Below are positions 8,439-17,446 of a DNA stretch of 64,000 bases, piece by piece (within the stretch, counting starts at the first letter, position 1; each line of letters starts with the position of its first letter). The stretch lies in contig JAJZTG010000002.1 of assembly GCA_021849125.1 (NCBI GenBank), positions 12,573-76,572 of the forward strand, written 5' to 3'. The DNA comes from a bacterium. Its GTDB lineage: Bacteria; Patescibacteriota; Minisyncoccia; Phycocordibacterales; Phycocordibacteraceae. Made by a program: the position numbers and the translations under genes. Below the pieces are notes generated by a model, which was given only the letters and a program-made list of their open reading frames with translations, had not been told where the DNA came from and did not search any database.

Positions 8439-11400
8439 CTAACGGGACTCGTCGCGGAGAATATCGAAACGCTCTTCCCCGGTCGAGAGCGTAGCGACAT
8501 ACTTCCCTTCCGGACGCACCACGACGCGCACGACATCGCTCGGAGCAAGGCCTTCTGCCTTGCGTGCCTGCGCAAGAGCGCTCGCGCGCTCGCGCTCGTC
8601 ACCTTCCTTGATAAGTTCCGGCGTGAGCATCGTATCGAGCGCGAGTTCACCTCCGACCTTGATCTCTTTCACGTTAAGCTCGTCCGCAAGAATCGCGGAA
8701 AGTTCGCTCGGGAGCGCCTCGCTTATCGTGAGCGACGCAAGCGGCTGGCGCACCTTGATATTCGCCTTCTGGCGGAGTTGGAGCGCAGTCGAGGCGAGGT
8801 CACGGACCCGACCCATCTGGGCGATAAGCGGCGCAGACGTATCCGGCATGAAGAAGAAGCGTCGTGGCGCACGCGGCCACTCGGTGAGATGCACGCTTTC
8901 CGGCTCATCCTCTTCACGCACGGCGCGGAAGACCTCTTCAGCGAGGAATGGCATCGACGGCGCCATCACCTTCGCGCTCTCGCGAAGCACGTAGCGCAGC
9001 GTCCTAAGTGCATCCTTCTTGTCACTCCCCTCTTCCTTGAAGCGGTCACGTGAGCGGCGCAGATACCAGACCGAGAGGTCATCGATAAAGGACGTAAGCG
9101 GGCGCACGGCGCGGTCGAGCTCGTAACGCTCGTACCCTTCGGTCGATTCACGGATAAGCTCATCAAGACGCGCGAAGATCCAGCGATCGAGGATGTGCTT
9201 GCTCGTGCGCGCCGCGGGCGTGCCGTCTGCATAGAGCTGGTAGAAAGAAAGCACGTTGCCGAAACGGCCGACATTCTTCTTCGCGACTTCGTCGACCCCG
9301 CCTTCGACGAAAGCGAGATTCTCTGCAGCAACGACCGGCGAGGAAAGGAGGTAGAAACGAAGCGCATCCGCACCGTACTTATCGACAATGAGCATCGGGT
9401 CGGGATAATTCTTCTTGCTCTTCGAGAGTTTCTTGCCGTCTTCGGGTGATACCACGATGCCGTTCACGATGACGTTCTCAAAGGCGTTCTTGTTGAAGAG
9501 CGCGCCGCCGAGCACGTGGAGGTAGTAGAACCACGCGCGCGTCTGATCGACTCCTTCCGCGATGAACTGCGCCGGGAAATTCTTTTCGAAACGACTCTTG
9601 TTCTCGACCGGATAGTGCATCTCTGCATACGGCATGCTCCCGGAATCGAACCACGTATCGAGCACGTCCGGAACGCGTATCATCGGTTCGCCCTTCTCGT
9701 TCACAAGCGCGACTTCGTCGATATACGGCAGATGGAGATCGAGCTCGTAGTCAGGGTTGTGCGGGAGCGGGATGAAGTCGAGTTCGCGCGCATGACCGGT
9801 CTGGAAATCCGAGATGCGGACGACGTCGGCCATCGCTTCTGCGTTGCCGCCCATGGCGATCGTCGTGAGCGACTCAAGGCCGATGCCGTGGGTCACGATG
9901 AGAACCTTCTTGCCGGAAAGCGTCTTCTCGAGTTCGTAGATGAAATTGCCGAAACGACGCTTCGCGTCCACATGGCTTTCACCTCCTGGGAACTTGTCGG
10001 CGAAGCTCGTCAGGTGCGTATCGCGATAGGTGATGAAATCCGCGTATGGCTTGCCAGAAAGCTCGCCCATGTCGAGCTCGCGCAAGCGCTCGTCGAAGAC
10101 GATGGCGGAACGTTCGATACCGAGCGCGTCGGCCATGAGCTCAGCGGTCTCCCGGGTGCGCACGAAAGGAGACGCGTAGATGGCTTCGATACCCCTTCCT
10201 TTCAACGTCTCGGCCGTTGCGGCAACTTCAGCTTTCCCTTTTTCCGTAAGGTGATTCCCGCCATTCACCTCAGCGCTCACGAAATTCTCGGCATTATTCT
10301 TCGCTTCGCCGTGTCGCATCATGAAGTAGGCATTCCCCGACTTCTTCGCATGGCGCTTGAGCTCCTCGACCGAGCCGATGACCGTAATGTTCCCTGTAGC
10401 GTCCTTCCAGAGCGGTATGACGCTCGCCCAGAAACGCTGACGCGAGATGGACCAGTCACGCGCGCCTTCGAGCCACTTGCCGAAGCGTCCTTCCTTGATG
10501 TGCGCGGGCGACCAGTTGATGCGCTTGGCATTCTCCAAGAGCTCTCCCTTGATCTTGGTGACCGCGACGAACCACGAGGTGGTCGCGTAGTTCAAAAGCG
10601 GCGTACCGCAACGCCAGCAGTGCGGGTAGCTGTGCATGAGATTCTCTTTCGCGAAGAAAGTCCCGTGTTCCTGAAGGTAACGGATGACCTCGATATCCGT
10701 CCCGAGACGGACCTTGTCATCCTCAGACTTCGGCTTCACTTCCCTGCCGGCAAAATCCGTCACCTCCGGGCGCATCGTGCCGTCGTAAGCAATGTGTTGC
10801 ACGAACGGCAGATTCTCTTTCTTGCCGAGCGCCATGTCGTCTTCGCCGAACGCCGGCGCGATATGCACGATGCCGGTGCCGGTGCCGGTCGTGACGAAAT
10901 CAGCGGCGTATACTTTCCACCCGTTCTCGTGATTCTTGAGAGCTGTGTTTTTCTGGTAGTACTCAAACGGTGCGGTGTACGAGAGGCCTACAAGGTCGGA
11001 GCCTTTGAATTCCTTTCCGGAATCTCCTTCGCGCTTCACTCGGATGTATTGTGCGCCATCCTGTTCTTCGACGACATATGTAACCTCCTTCCCCACCGCG
11101 AGTGCGACGTTGCCCGGCAAGGTCCACGGGGTCGTGGTCCAGGCGAGAAGGTACACGTCGCCGCTGAGGCCGAGCATCTGCGGGTTCGTCACCTTGAACT
11201 TCGCGGTAACCGCGATATCCTTCACATCCTCGTACCCTTCCGCGACTTCCTGCTGCGAAAGCGTCGTCTCGCAGCGCGGGCAGACATGCATCGAGCGGTA
11301 GTCTTCGTACACGAGACCCTTGTCGTACACCTGTTTGAAAACCCACCACACGCTCTCCATGAACGAGGCATCCATCGTGGTGTACGGATGCTCCATGTCG

Positions 11401-11819
11401 ACGAAGCGTCCGATACGCGGGATCACCTTCTTCCATTCGTCGGAGCAGGCGAAGACCTGCGCGCGACATGCCTCGTTGAATTTCTCGACGCCGTATTCCT
11501 TGATGTCCTTCTTGTGCGTGAAGCCGAGCTCTTTCTCGACGATGTTCTCGACCGGAAGTCCGTGCGTGTCCCAGCCCCAGACGCGCGGGACATGGTAGCC
11601 CCGCATCGTCTTGTAGCGTGGCACGGCGTCCTTCATCACGCTCGCGACGATGTGCCCGTAATGCGGCAAGCCGGTGGCAAAGGGCGGCCCGTCGTAGAAG
11701 ACGTACTCGCCCTTGGGCGACTTCTTCTCGAGCGACTTCTCGAAAATCTTGTTCTCCTGCCAGAAGGCAAGCACTTCTTCCTCGCGCTTGGCAGCTTCTG
11801 ATTTCCCTGCTTCGGCCAT
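8439..11819 (-). CDS. ileS: isoleucyl-tRNA synthetase (type 2) carrying an inserted histidine-phosphatase-like domain
   Basis: HIGH motif (PHYGHIVAS), CP1 editing motif (TGTGIVHIAPAFGEDD), WSISRQRFW and a KMSKS variant (KLSKSKKN). At 1126 aa it is ~190 aa longer than typical IleS. Confidence 0.9.
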   Translation of the reverse strand: MAEAGKSEAAKREEEVLAFWQENKIFEKSLEKKSPKGEYVFYDGPPFATGLPHYGHIVASVMKDAVPRYKTMRGYHVPRVWGWDTHGLPVENIVEKELGFTHKKDIKEYGVEKFNEACRAQVFACSDEWKKVIPRIGRFVDMEHPYTTMDASFMESVWWVFKQVYDKGLVYEDYRSMHVCPRCETTLSQQEVAEGYEDVKDIAVTAKFKVTNPQMLGLSGDVYLLAWTTTPWTLPGNVALAVGKEVTYVVEEQDGAQYIRVKREGDSGKEFKGSDLVGLSYTAPFEYYQKNTALKNHENGWKVYAADFVTTGTGTGIVHIAPAFGEDDMALGKKENLPFVQHIAYDGTMRPEVTDFAGREVKPKSEDDKVRLGTDIEVIRYLQEHGTFFAKENLMHSYPHCWRCGTPLLNYATTSWFVAVTKIKGELLENAKRINWSPAHIKEGRFGKWLEGARDWSISRQRFWASVIPLWKDATGNITVIGSVEELKRHAKKSGNAYFMMRHGEAKNNAENFVSAEVNGGNHLTEKGKAEVAATAETLKGRGIEAIYASPFVRTRETAELMADALGIERSAIVFDERLRELDMGELSGKPYADFITYRDTHLTSFADKFPGGESHVDAKRRFGNFIYELEKTLSGKKVLIVTHGIGLESLTTIAMGGNAEAMADVVRISDFQTGHARELDFIPLPHNPDYELDLHLPYIDEVALVNEKGEPMIRVPDVLDTWFDSGSMPYAEMHYPVENKSRFEKNFPAQFIAEGVDQTRAWFYYLHVLGGALFNKNAFENVIVNGIVVSPEDGKKLSKSKKNYPDPMLIVDKYGADALRFYLLSSPVVAAENLAFVEGGVDEVAKKNVGRFGNVLSFYQLYADGTPAARTSKHILDRWIFARLDELIRESTEGYERYELDRAVRPLTSFIDDLSVWYLRRSRDRFKEEGSDKKDALRTLRYVLRESAKVMAPSMPFLAEEVFRAVREEDEPESVHLTEWPRAPRRFFFMPDTSAPLIAQMGRVRDLASTALQLRQKANIKVRQPLASLTISEALPSELSAILADELNVKEIKVGGELALDTMLTPELIKEGDERERASALAQARKAEGLAPSDVVRVVVRPEGKYVATLSTGEERFDILRDESR
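9746..10330 (-). other. in-frame histidine phosphatase (PGAM/His_Phos_1-like) domain inserted within IleS (approx. aa 497-692)
   Basis: RHGEAKNN...SPFVRTRETAE...RLRELDMGELSGK...GGESHVDAKRR...VLIVTHGIGLESL. Both catalytic His and both Arg of the RHG...H phosphatase fold are present. It is flanked by the IleS segments SVEELKRH and DLHLPYIDEV. Confidence 0.6.
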
Positions 11820-11901
11820 AATGGCTTATCGTAACGCCTGATTGCTGAAAATGAAACAGCCGCTCCTCTCGGAGCGGCTTTCAATCTGTTAGGAATCAGA
11901 T

Positions 11902-12054
11902 TCAGTAGTGCATCGTTGGTGGAGCCCTGCGGCTGGTTTGCGGCGAATCGATCGTCGGGCCGGTCTTGCGAATCTTGGTCCGGCCAGGATTTTTGTTGTT
12001 ACCCTTGAAACCACTCCGGCCGCGGCCGCGATAGCTCTTCCCAGGATTTACCAT
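11902..12054 (-). CDS. small basic Gly/Arg-rich protein (50 aa), unknown function
   Basis: A strong RBS (GGAGG) sits 7 nt upstream of ATG (12052-12054). Translation: MVNPGKSYRGRGRSGFKGNNKNPGRTKIRKTGPTIDSPQTSRRAPPTMHY. A terminator hairpin lies downstream at 11858-11879. Confidence 0.4.
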   Translation of the reverse strand: MVNPGKSYRGRGRSGFKGNNKNPGRTKIRKTGPTIDSPQTSRRAPPTMHY

Positions 12055-12080
12055 TTGCTTGCCTCCTATCCATTTGCCTG

Positions 12081-12113
12081 AAGAAAAAACAGTACTGTGC
12101 CCCATTGCACAGT
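12081..12113 (-). terminator. terminator after argS (actgtgc cccatt gcacagt + T6 on - strand)
   Basis: 7-bp stem. The reverse complement is followed by TTTTTT. Confidence 0.5.
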
Positions 12114-12149
12114 GTTCGCTACTGTAGCACGGCAAATACGCCGCGCAAT

Positions 12150-13832
12150 CTAAAGACGCTCAGGCGTGTGGATACCGAGAAGCGTAAGGCCGTTCTGCAT
12201 CGTGTGCACGAATGCGCGCGCGATAAGGAGCTTGTGCGCCTCGTGTTCCCCGCCGATGATCCGCTCTTTCGCATAGAAAGCATTCCACTCGCCCGCGAGC
12301 TCCGTGAGGTACGTCACGAGCAGGTTCGGCGAAAGCTCGCGCTCCGCACGTGCGGCGACTTCCGGGAAATGCATGATGAGCCGTTCGATGAAATATGGCT
12401 CGGCAGGTGCATCTGCTTTGGGAGCATTCTCCCCCGCCTGCGCGAGCACCGACTTCGCGCGCACCAGAGCATACTGGAGATACGGACCCGAATCGCCTTC
12501 GAGCGAAAGCGACTTCTCCGGATCGAAGATGATGTCCGATCCCGGCGACTGACGTAACACCATGTACTTCACCGCACCCACCGCGACCTGCTCAGCCACA
12601 AGCGGATCGGGACTGCGTTTCATCGCGTGCTCGGTCACATCCTTCAGGAGCCCGGCGGCCGTGATGACGTTCCCTTCGCGCGAGCTCATCTTGCCGGAAG
12701 TGAGCCGGAGAAAACCGTGCGGCACGTGTTTCGTCTTCTTAGCGAGGTTCGGCGCGAGCTCTGCGAGCGCCGCAAGCACCACCTTGAAGTGTCCCGTTTG
12801 TTCATTCGACGTGACGATGATGCTCTCATCCGAGGGAAAACGTTCCTCCTTGAGAAACGCGAGGCCGATGTCTTTCGTCTCGTAGGTCGGCGTACCACGA
12901 CTCGTAACGAACACGAGCGTATGAAGCCCGACTTTCTCTCCCGGATAGATGACTGCCCCATCGCTTTCCTCAAAGATGCCCTTGGCAAGACCGTCCTTCA
13001 CCACGCGGAGTCCTGGCTCGACCGTATCGCTGTCGAAGAAGTCGTAGTCGAGATGCGTACCAAAGATAGCAAAGAGACGCTTGAACTCGAGCATAGAAAT
13101 CTCGCGGCCTTTTCCCCAAAGCGAGAGGAGTTCACGGTCACTTCCACTCATTTCCACCTCGTGACGTCGGGCGACGAGATCGTAAAGACGGACATTGAGC
13201 GCGTCGATTTCTTTCTTTGCCGAGTCATCAGTCTCGTATGCGGCAGAGGCGCGTGCATACGCCGCACCGATTTCCTGTGCATCGCTGATTTCAGCAACAC
13301 CCTCCTTCTTGAGCCCCCAGAGCGCTTTTGCGACATGCGGACCGACATCACCGCCAAACGAGCTTCCGAAGACCGTCGCGCCACGTGAGCGCTTGAGACG
13401 CGTGAGCGCTTCACCTATGACCGCGCTCATGAGATGCCCGATATGCATCTCCTTGAACGGATTCGGGTTCGCGTAGTCGATAATGGCTCGCTTCCCCACT
13501 TCTGTAGCATCAGTCCCCCACGTCGCACCTTGGGCATCCGCCTCGGCAAGCGCAAGCGATACGACGCCACGCGCGAGCGTGATGTTTACGAAACCGGGCC
13601 CTGCGACTTCGATACTCGTGACCTTGTCACCGAGCGTTTCTTTGAGCGAACGAGCGAGCTCGTCCGCGAGCTCGCGCGGATTTTGACCGAGCTGTTTTGC
13701 AGATACAAGGGCAGCATTGGTCGCGTAGTCGCCATGTGCAGCATCCACCGGACGCTCGATAGTGAACGCCACTCCCTCCGCTCCGAGCTTGTGAAGGGCG
13801 CTTGCGACCGCCTCTCGTATCGTGCTTTCCAT
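12150..13832 (-). CDS. argS: arginyl-tRNA synthetase
   Basis: N-terminal MESTIREAVASAL...GPGFVNI and a class I HIGH-like HIGH(L) region. The start is taken at the internal Met. Confidence 0.85.
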   Translation of the reverse strand: MESTIREAVASALHKLGAEGVAFTIERPVDAAHGDYATNAALVSAKQLGQNPRELADELARSLKETLGDKVTSIEVAGPGFVNITLARGVVSLALAEADAQGATWGTDATEVGKRAIIDYANPNPFKEMHIGHLMSAVIGEALTRLKRSRGATVFGSSFGGDVGPHVAKALWGLKKEGVAEISDAQEIGAAYARASAAYETDDSAKKEIDALNVRLYDLVARRHEVEMSGSDRELLSLWGKGREISMLEFKRLFAIFGTHLDYDFFDSDTVEPGLRVVKDGLAKGIFEESDGAVIYPGEKVGLHTLVFVTSRGTPTYETKDIGLAFLKEERFPSDESIIVTSNEQTGHFKVVLAALAELAPNLAKKTKHVPHGFLRLTSGKMSSREGNVITAAGLLKDVTEHAMKRSPDPLVAEQVAVGAVKYMVLRQSPGSDIIFDPEKSLSLEGDSGPYLQYALVRAKSVLAQAGENAPKADAPAEPYFIERLIMHFPEVAARAERELSPNLLVTYLTELAGEWNAFYAKERIIGGEHEAHKLLIARAFVHTMQNGLTLLGIHTPERL

Positions 13833-13979
13833 ATCGCGAGTGTAACAGACCCCTCGTATAAAAAAAGACGGCCTCCGCAAGGATGCCGTCGAAGCCAAAG
13901 AACCGAGATGGAAATCCTTGGCGGTGGGAGATCAAACTGATTTAACCATAACACGATACTAAACTAAGTGCAACTCACG

Positions 13980-15077
13980 TTACTTCCGAAGAATCGGGGT
14001 AAAGAAGTCGTACGGGTTGTAGTGCCCCACTTTGCTCAGATCAAGCACCTGGCGCGTACCGGAACATTCCCAACCGATGACTCCTTCATCCTCGACACGT
14101 GCGAAGTGTTTCGATAGACGCGGCGTATGCTGATCCGTATAGTTCGATGCTGCCGAATCATACGGAATATCGGGCTCCTCTTTCATGCACTCGAAACGGA
14201 TACGGGCGATGATCTGCCCGTGTCGCAAGAGCATATCTTCTTGAGGGATCACTTCGAGCGTTATCGGCCGGCCGCGTCCTTCCCCGTTCTTGCCATAGCC
14301 CCAACCCGGGTCGATATATCCAGCCGCATGCGACCGGAATTCACCAAGACGAGGATCTATCGCTCGCAATTCTGCCGAAAGATACGGCGGCACCATAATC
14401 GGATTCGTCTGCAAGATGTAGAATCTCCCCTTACGGACGCCTATCGTGGAACCACCAAGGTCGAGCGTCAACAGAAACGAATCCGCATGCCGACGTGTCT
14501 CTTGAAAAGACATCTTGCGACCAGCATTGTCGAAGATGAGGCCGTGCCTGCGGATTGCCTGTTCGGCATGCAGGTCATCGAGAAACGACTTGCCGTCAAA
14601 GAGACGCACCTGCGATAACGCAAGACCGGGATGTGCTGAGACTGGGAAATAATCAGGGCGCGCGAGCACCCACTGTTCCCCAGACCATGGCGTACCGGTA
14701 AGCGCATCGTACATGTCGACACCATCGGCAACCGATCGGCAGAAGAATGCGTCACGGCCAGTTGATGATTTCGGATTGGCATAGCCGTATACCATGCTCG
14801 GAAGTTCCCACTCCTTTCCTTCAACACGGATAAGGTACGGCACACCAACCTCGAACGGATTGTCGAAATTGTGTGGGGTAGCCCCGACAAGCGGGAGCAG
14901 ATTGCGCACTTTCTCGCCCGCAAGCGGGAGGAAAATTGTTTCAAGGCGGTATGCCTCATCCGCAAGCGGTAGGTCGATTGATGCAGGGTTAAGGTATGCA
15001 TCTGAAATACCTGTGATGTTCCCTTGGTCGCAAAGCTGTTTAAGCATCTGCCGTGGTAGTACACCAGTGGTGGACAT
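13980..15077 (-). CDS. dcd: dCTP deaminase-like protein, long (~365 aa) form
   Basis: Carries an IDPGWGYG motif like E. coli Dcd (RIDPGWSG). It is adjacent to tmk and thyA. Confidence 0.5.
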   Translation of the reverse strand: MSTTGVLPRQMLKQLCDQGNITGISDAYLNPASIDLPLADEAYRLETIFLPLAGEKVRNLLPLVGATPHNFDNPFEVGVPYLIRVEGKEWELPSMVYGYANPKSSTGRDAFFCRSVADGVDMYDALTGTPWSGEQWVLARPDYFPVSAHPGLALSQVRLFDGKSFLDDLHAEQAIRRHGLIFDNAGRKMSFQETRRHADSFLLTLDLGGSTIGVRKGRFYILQTNPIMVPPYLSAELRAIDPRLGEFRSHAAGYIDPGWGYGKNGEGRGRPITLEVIPQEDMLLRHGQIIARIRFECMKEEPDIPYDSAASNYTDQHTPRLSKHFARVEDEGVIGWECSGTRQVLDLSKVGHYNPYDFFTPILRK

Positions 15078-15159
15078 GATTCTGTCTCCTTGAGTTGAAT
15101 GGTTGATGACAATAGTACAAGCCTGGGGAGACTTTACGCGGAGAGGCGTTTAAGCGCAA

Positions 15160-15190
15160 GCAAAAGAAAATACCGGCCCTTAGGCCGGTA
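15160..15190 (-). terminator. terminator after tmk (accggcc ctta ggccggt, T-rich on - strand)
   Basis: 7-bp stem at 15172-15189, with an A-tract at 15162-15170 on the + strand. Confidence 0.5.
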
Positions 15191-15205
15191 GTAATCGCAC
15201 AAGAT

Positions 15206-15850
15206 TCACGTACGGATACCCACCGATGCGAGCGCCTCAAGGACGGCGGCGTGCACCTCTTCAACCGTCCGCGATGCATCGATGAATATCACCGGGTGGT
15301 CAATCGCGAATGCATTGAAACCTTGCCGAACGCGTTCGTAATACTCCAAATCACGTTCATCAAAGTGGTTTTGATCGCGAGCCGCATCGCGTAAAGCACG
15401 TTCACGCGCGTCCTCAGCCGACAAATCGAAAACGATGTAATAATCGGGACGATGACGGCCTTTTGCGTAGAAGACCTGGTTTCGCAACTCGATGAACAGA
15501 CCGAGCAGTTCATGCTTTTGCTCGCCATACAGCTGAAACGCGTAGGTCGATGAGTCACCGCGATCCGAGAACACATGCTTCCCTGTATTAAGCGTTGGGA
15601 CGACCAGCTTCTCTTGCGCTTCCTCCCGTGCAGCCCAGAAACCGAGAAAGTGAAAGAATGGGGTCGAGTTTTTTGCGTCCGGGTGGTCGCGAAGCGCTCC
15701 GCGCATAATCTCGGCAATCGGCGGCCCTCCGGGCTCTCGTGTGAAAACGACATCGTCACCAAACTTCTCTTGAAGCAGGGCGATCTGCGTTCCCTTCCCC
15801 GACCCGTCCATGCCGTCAAAGACGATGTATTGTGCTCGCTTTTCTTCCAT
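15206..15850 (-). CDS. tmk: thymidylate kinase
   Basis: P-loop sequence YIVFDGMDGSGKGTQ. AAGGAG RBS upstream of ATG at 15848-15850. Confidence 0.85.
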   Translation of the reverse strand: MEEKRAQYIVFDGMDGSGKGTQIALLQEKFGDDVVFTREPGGPPIAEIMRGALRDHPDAKNSTPFFHFLGFWAAREEAQEKLVVPTLNTGKHVFSDRGDSSTYAFQLYGEQKHELLGLFIELRNQVFYAKGRHRPDYYIVFDLSAEDARERALRDAARDQNHFDERDLEYYERVRQGFNAFAIDHPVIFIDASRTVEEVHAAVLEALASVGIRT

Positions 15851-15918
15851 TTCACTACTCCTTAAAGACCGGCACATGCCTGCGCGCACTCTACCTGTAC
15901 AGGCACGTATATGCAAAT

Positions 15919-15945
15919 AAAAACGGCGGCCGAAGCCGCCGTTTG
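15919..15945. terminator. bidirectional terminator aaaaacggcggc cgaa gccgccgttt (between thyA and tmk)
   Basis: 9-bp stem with A and T flanks. Confidence 0.6.
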
Positions 15946-15962
15946 ACCAAAAATGACTCGGG

Positions 15963-16880
15963 TTACAGCAGTTTTGCTTTGATGCGCCCCTGATTTTTGT
16001 AGTCGATGAGCTTCACGTCTGCCATGGTGAATTGGTCGATATCAGTGATACCGGGATTCAACCAAAGCTCCGGTGCAGAGAGAGTATCTCGTGTGAGCTG
16101 CGTACGTACAGCTCTCAAGTGAGCGCTGTAGATATGGCAATCATCCAAGGTAATGACAAGTTCGCCCGGGATCATGCCGACACACTGTGCAATCATATGC
16201 AGGAACAACGCATACGATGCGATATTGAACGGCACGCCGAGGAACATGTCGCATGACCGCTGATCCATCGCCAGATCAAGATACAGCTTCTTGTCACGAC
16301 GCCGTGAGTGACGGGCGAAAAGCTGAAACTTCATATGACACGGCGGTAAGCACATGTCATCCACCTTGAGAGGGTTCCACGCCGTGACGATATGGTACCG
16401 ACTGAACGGATCAGATTTCAACGCCGCAATGACTTTAGAAAGCTGATCCGTACCCTCGCCGTTGTAGTTACGCCACTGTGAGCCGTAGATAACGCCGCAA
16501 TCGCCGGCAAACTGCGTTTTGCCGGCCCGGGCAAACCGGTTCTGATCATTCGACCACATAGGGTTTTCAGCATCGGCCGGCAATCCCACAAGTTCGTTAA
16601 GTCGCGCGAGCGACAAACGATATGGAACGGGAGAATGTTTGCCCCCTTCGATAAACCAAAGCAGCTCGGCGAGCACTGATTTGAACGCAAGCTGTTTCGT
16701 TGTCATCGCAGGAAAACCGTCTTTCATACTGAAGCGGACCTGCTGTGCGAAAACAGCATGCGTATGCCCGTTTCGAGTTTTACGAACGTCTCCTTCCTTG
16801 TAGGTTTTGTTAAGTGCCTCGAGATATTGCGCTTCATTGGGATTGGCTATCCACCAATCCCCCAAAGATAAAGGCTTCAT
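15963..16880 (-). CDS. thyA: thymidylate synthase
   Basis: HIVTAWNP, the catalytic Cys in LPPCH, and DMFLGVPFNIASYA. AAGGAG RBS before ATG at 16878-16880. Confidence 0.9.
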   Translation of the reverse strand: MKPLSLGDWWIANPNEAQYLEALNKTYKEGDVRKTRNGHTHAVFAQQVRFSMKDGFPAMTTKQLAFKSVLAELLWFIEGGKHSPVPYRLSLARLNELVGLPADAENPMWSNDQNRFARAGKTQFAGDCGVIYGSQWRNYNGEGTDQLSKVIAALKSDPFSRYHIVTAWNPLKVDDMCLPPCHMKFQLFARHSRRRDKKLYLDLAMDQRSCDMFLGVPFNIASYALFLHMIAQCVGMIPGELVITLDDCHIYSAHLRAVRTQLTRDTLSAPELWLNPGITDIDQFTMADVKLIDYKNQGRIKAKLL

Positions 16881-16954
16881 TTCCAAACTCCTTCTGTAAG
16901 GTTGATGTACGGACCAAACTGCAATCCGCATGCACTGTACGTGGGCGGACAGTA

Positions 16955-16993
16955 AAAAGCAAATCGGCCGCATTAGCGGCCGATTTGCTTTTT
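16955..16993. terminator. bidirectional terminator aaaaagcaaatcggccgc atta gcggccgatttgcttttt (after rplK)
   Basis: ~15-bp stem with A and T flanks. Confidence 0.65.
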
Positions 16994-17002
16994 ATTTGGA
17001 AC

Positions 17003-17428
17003 CTACGCCTCGGAACCGATGCCCATCGACTTGGCGGTGCCTGCGACGAGTCGCTCGGCTGCCTCGATGGTATTCGCATTCAAGTCCGGCATCTTCTCCT
17101 CAGCGATCGAGCGGAGCTGCGCTTTGGTGAGCGTGCCCGGCTTACGATCCTTGTTCGGCTTAAGGGCACCCTTCTCGAGACCGAGCGCCTTCAAGATGAG
17201 ACGGGACATCGGGGAGACCTTGAGGACGAACGTGAACGAGCGGTCATCATAGACCGAAAGCTCGACCGGAATGATGACGCCCGGCTTGTCTTTCGTCGCG
17301 TCATTGAACTGCGTGACGAACTGGCCGATGTTCACGCCGGCTGGACCAAGCGCGGTACCAACCGGAGGCGCAGGGGTTGCCTTCCCTCCCGGGATCTGCA
17401 ATTTAATCTTTTTTACGACTGTTGCCAT
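17003..17428 (-). CDS. rplK: 50S ribosomal protein L11
   Basis: [34 protein letters not shown]. Confidence 0.9.
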   Translation of the reverse strand: MATVVKKIKLQIPGGKATPAPPVGTALGPAGVNIGQFVTQFNDATKDKPGVIIPVELSVYDDRSFTFVLKVSPMSRLILKALGLEKGALKPNKDRKPGTLTKAQLRSIAEEKMPDLNANTIEAAERLVAGTAKSMGIGSEA

Positions 17429-17446
17429 AGTGTTAGAGACTCTACC

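Noticed and set aside
9516-11801. 761-aa ORF on the + strand
   Set aside because: It is antisense to ileS with arginine/leucine-rich, low-complexity translation and no start context. This is a typical high-GC antisense open frame. The same applies to 34243..35640 (+, antisense to polA), 16814..18103 (+, antisense to thyA/rplK/nusG), 37868..39100 (-, antisense to pilB), 41385..42542 (-, antisense to the PBP1A gene), 45732..46544 (+, antisense to dnaA), 30404..31387 (-), 58150..59136 (-), 26213..27422 (+), 12627..13388 (+) and 19098..19760 (+).
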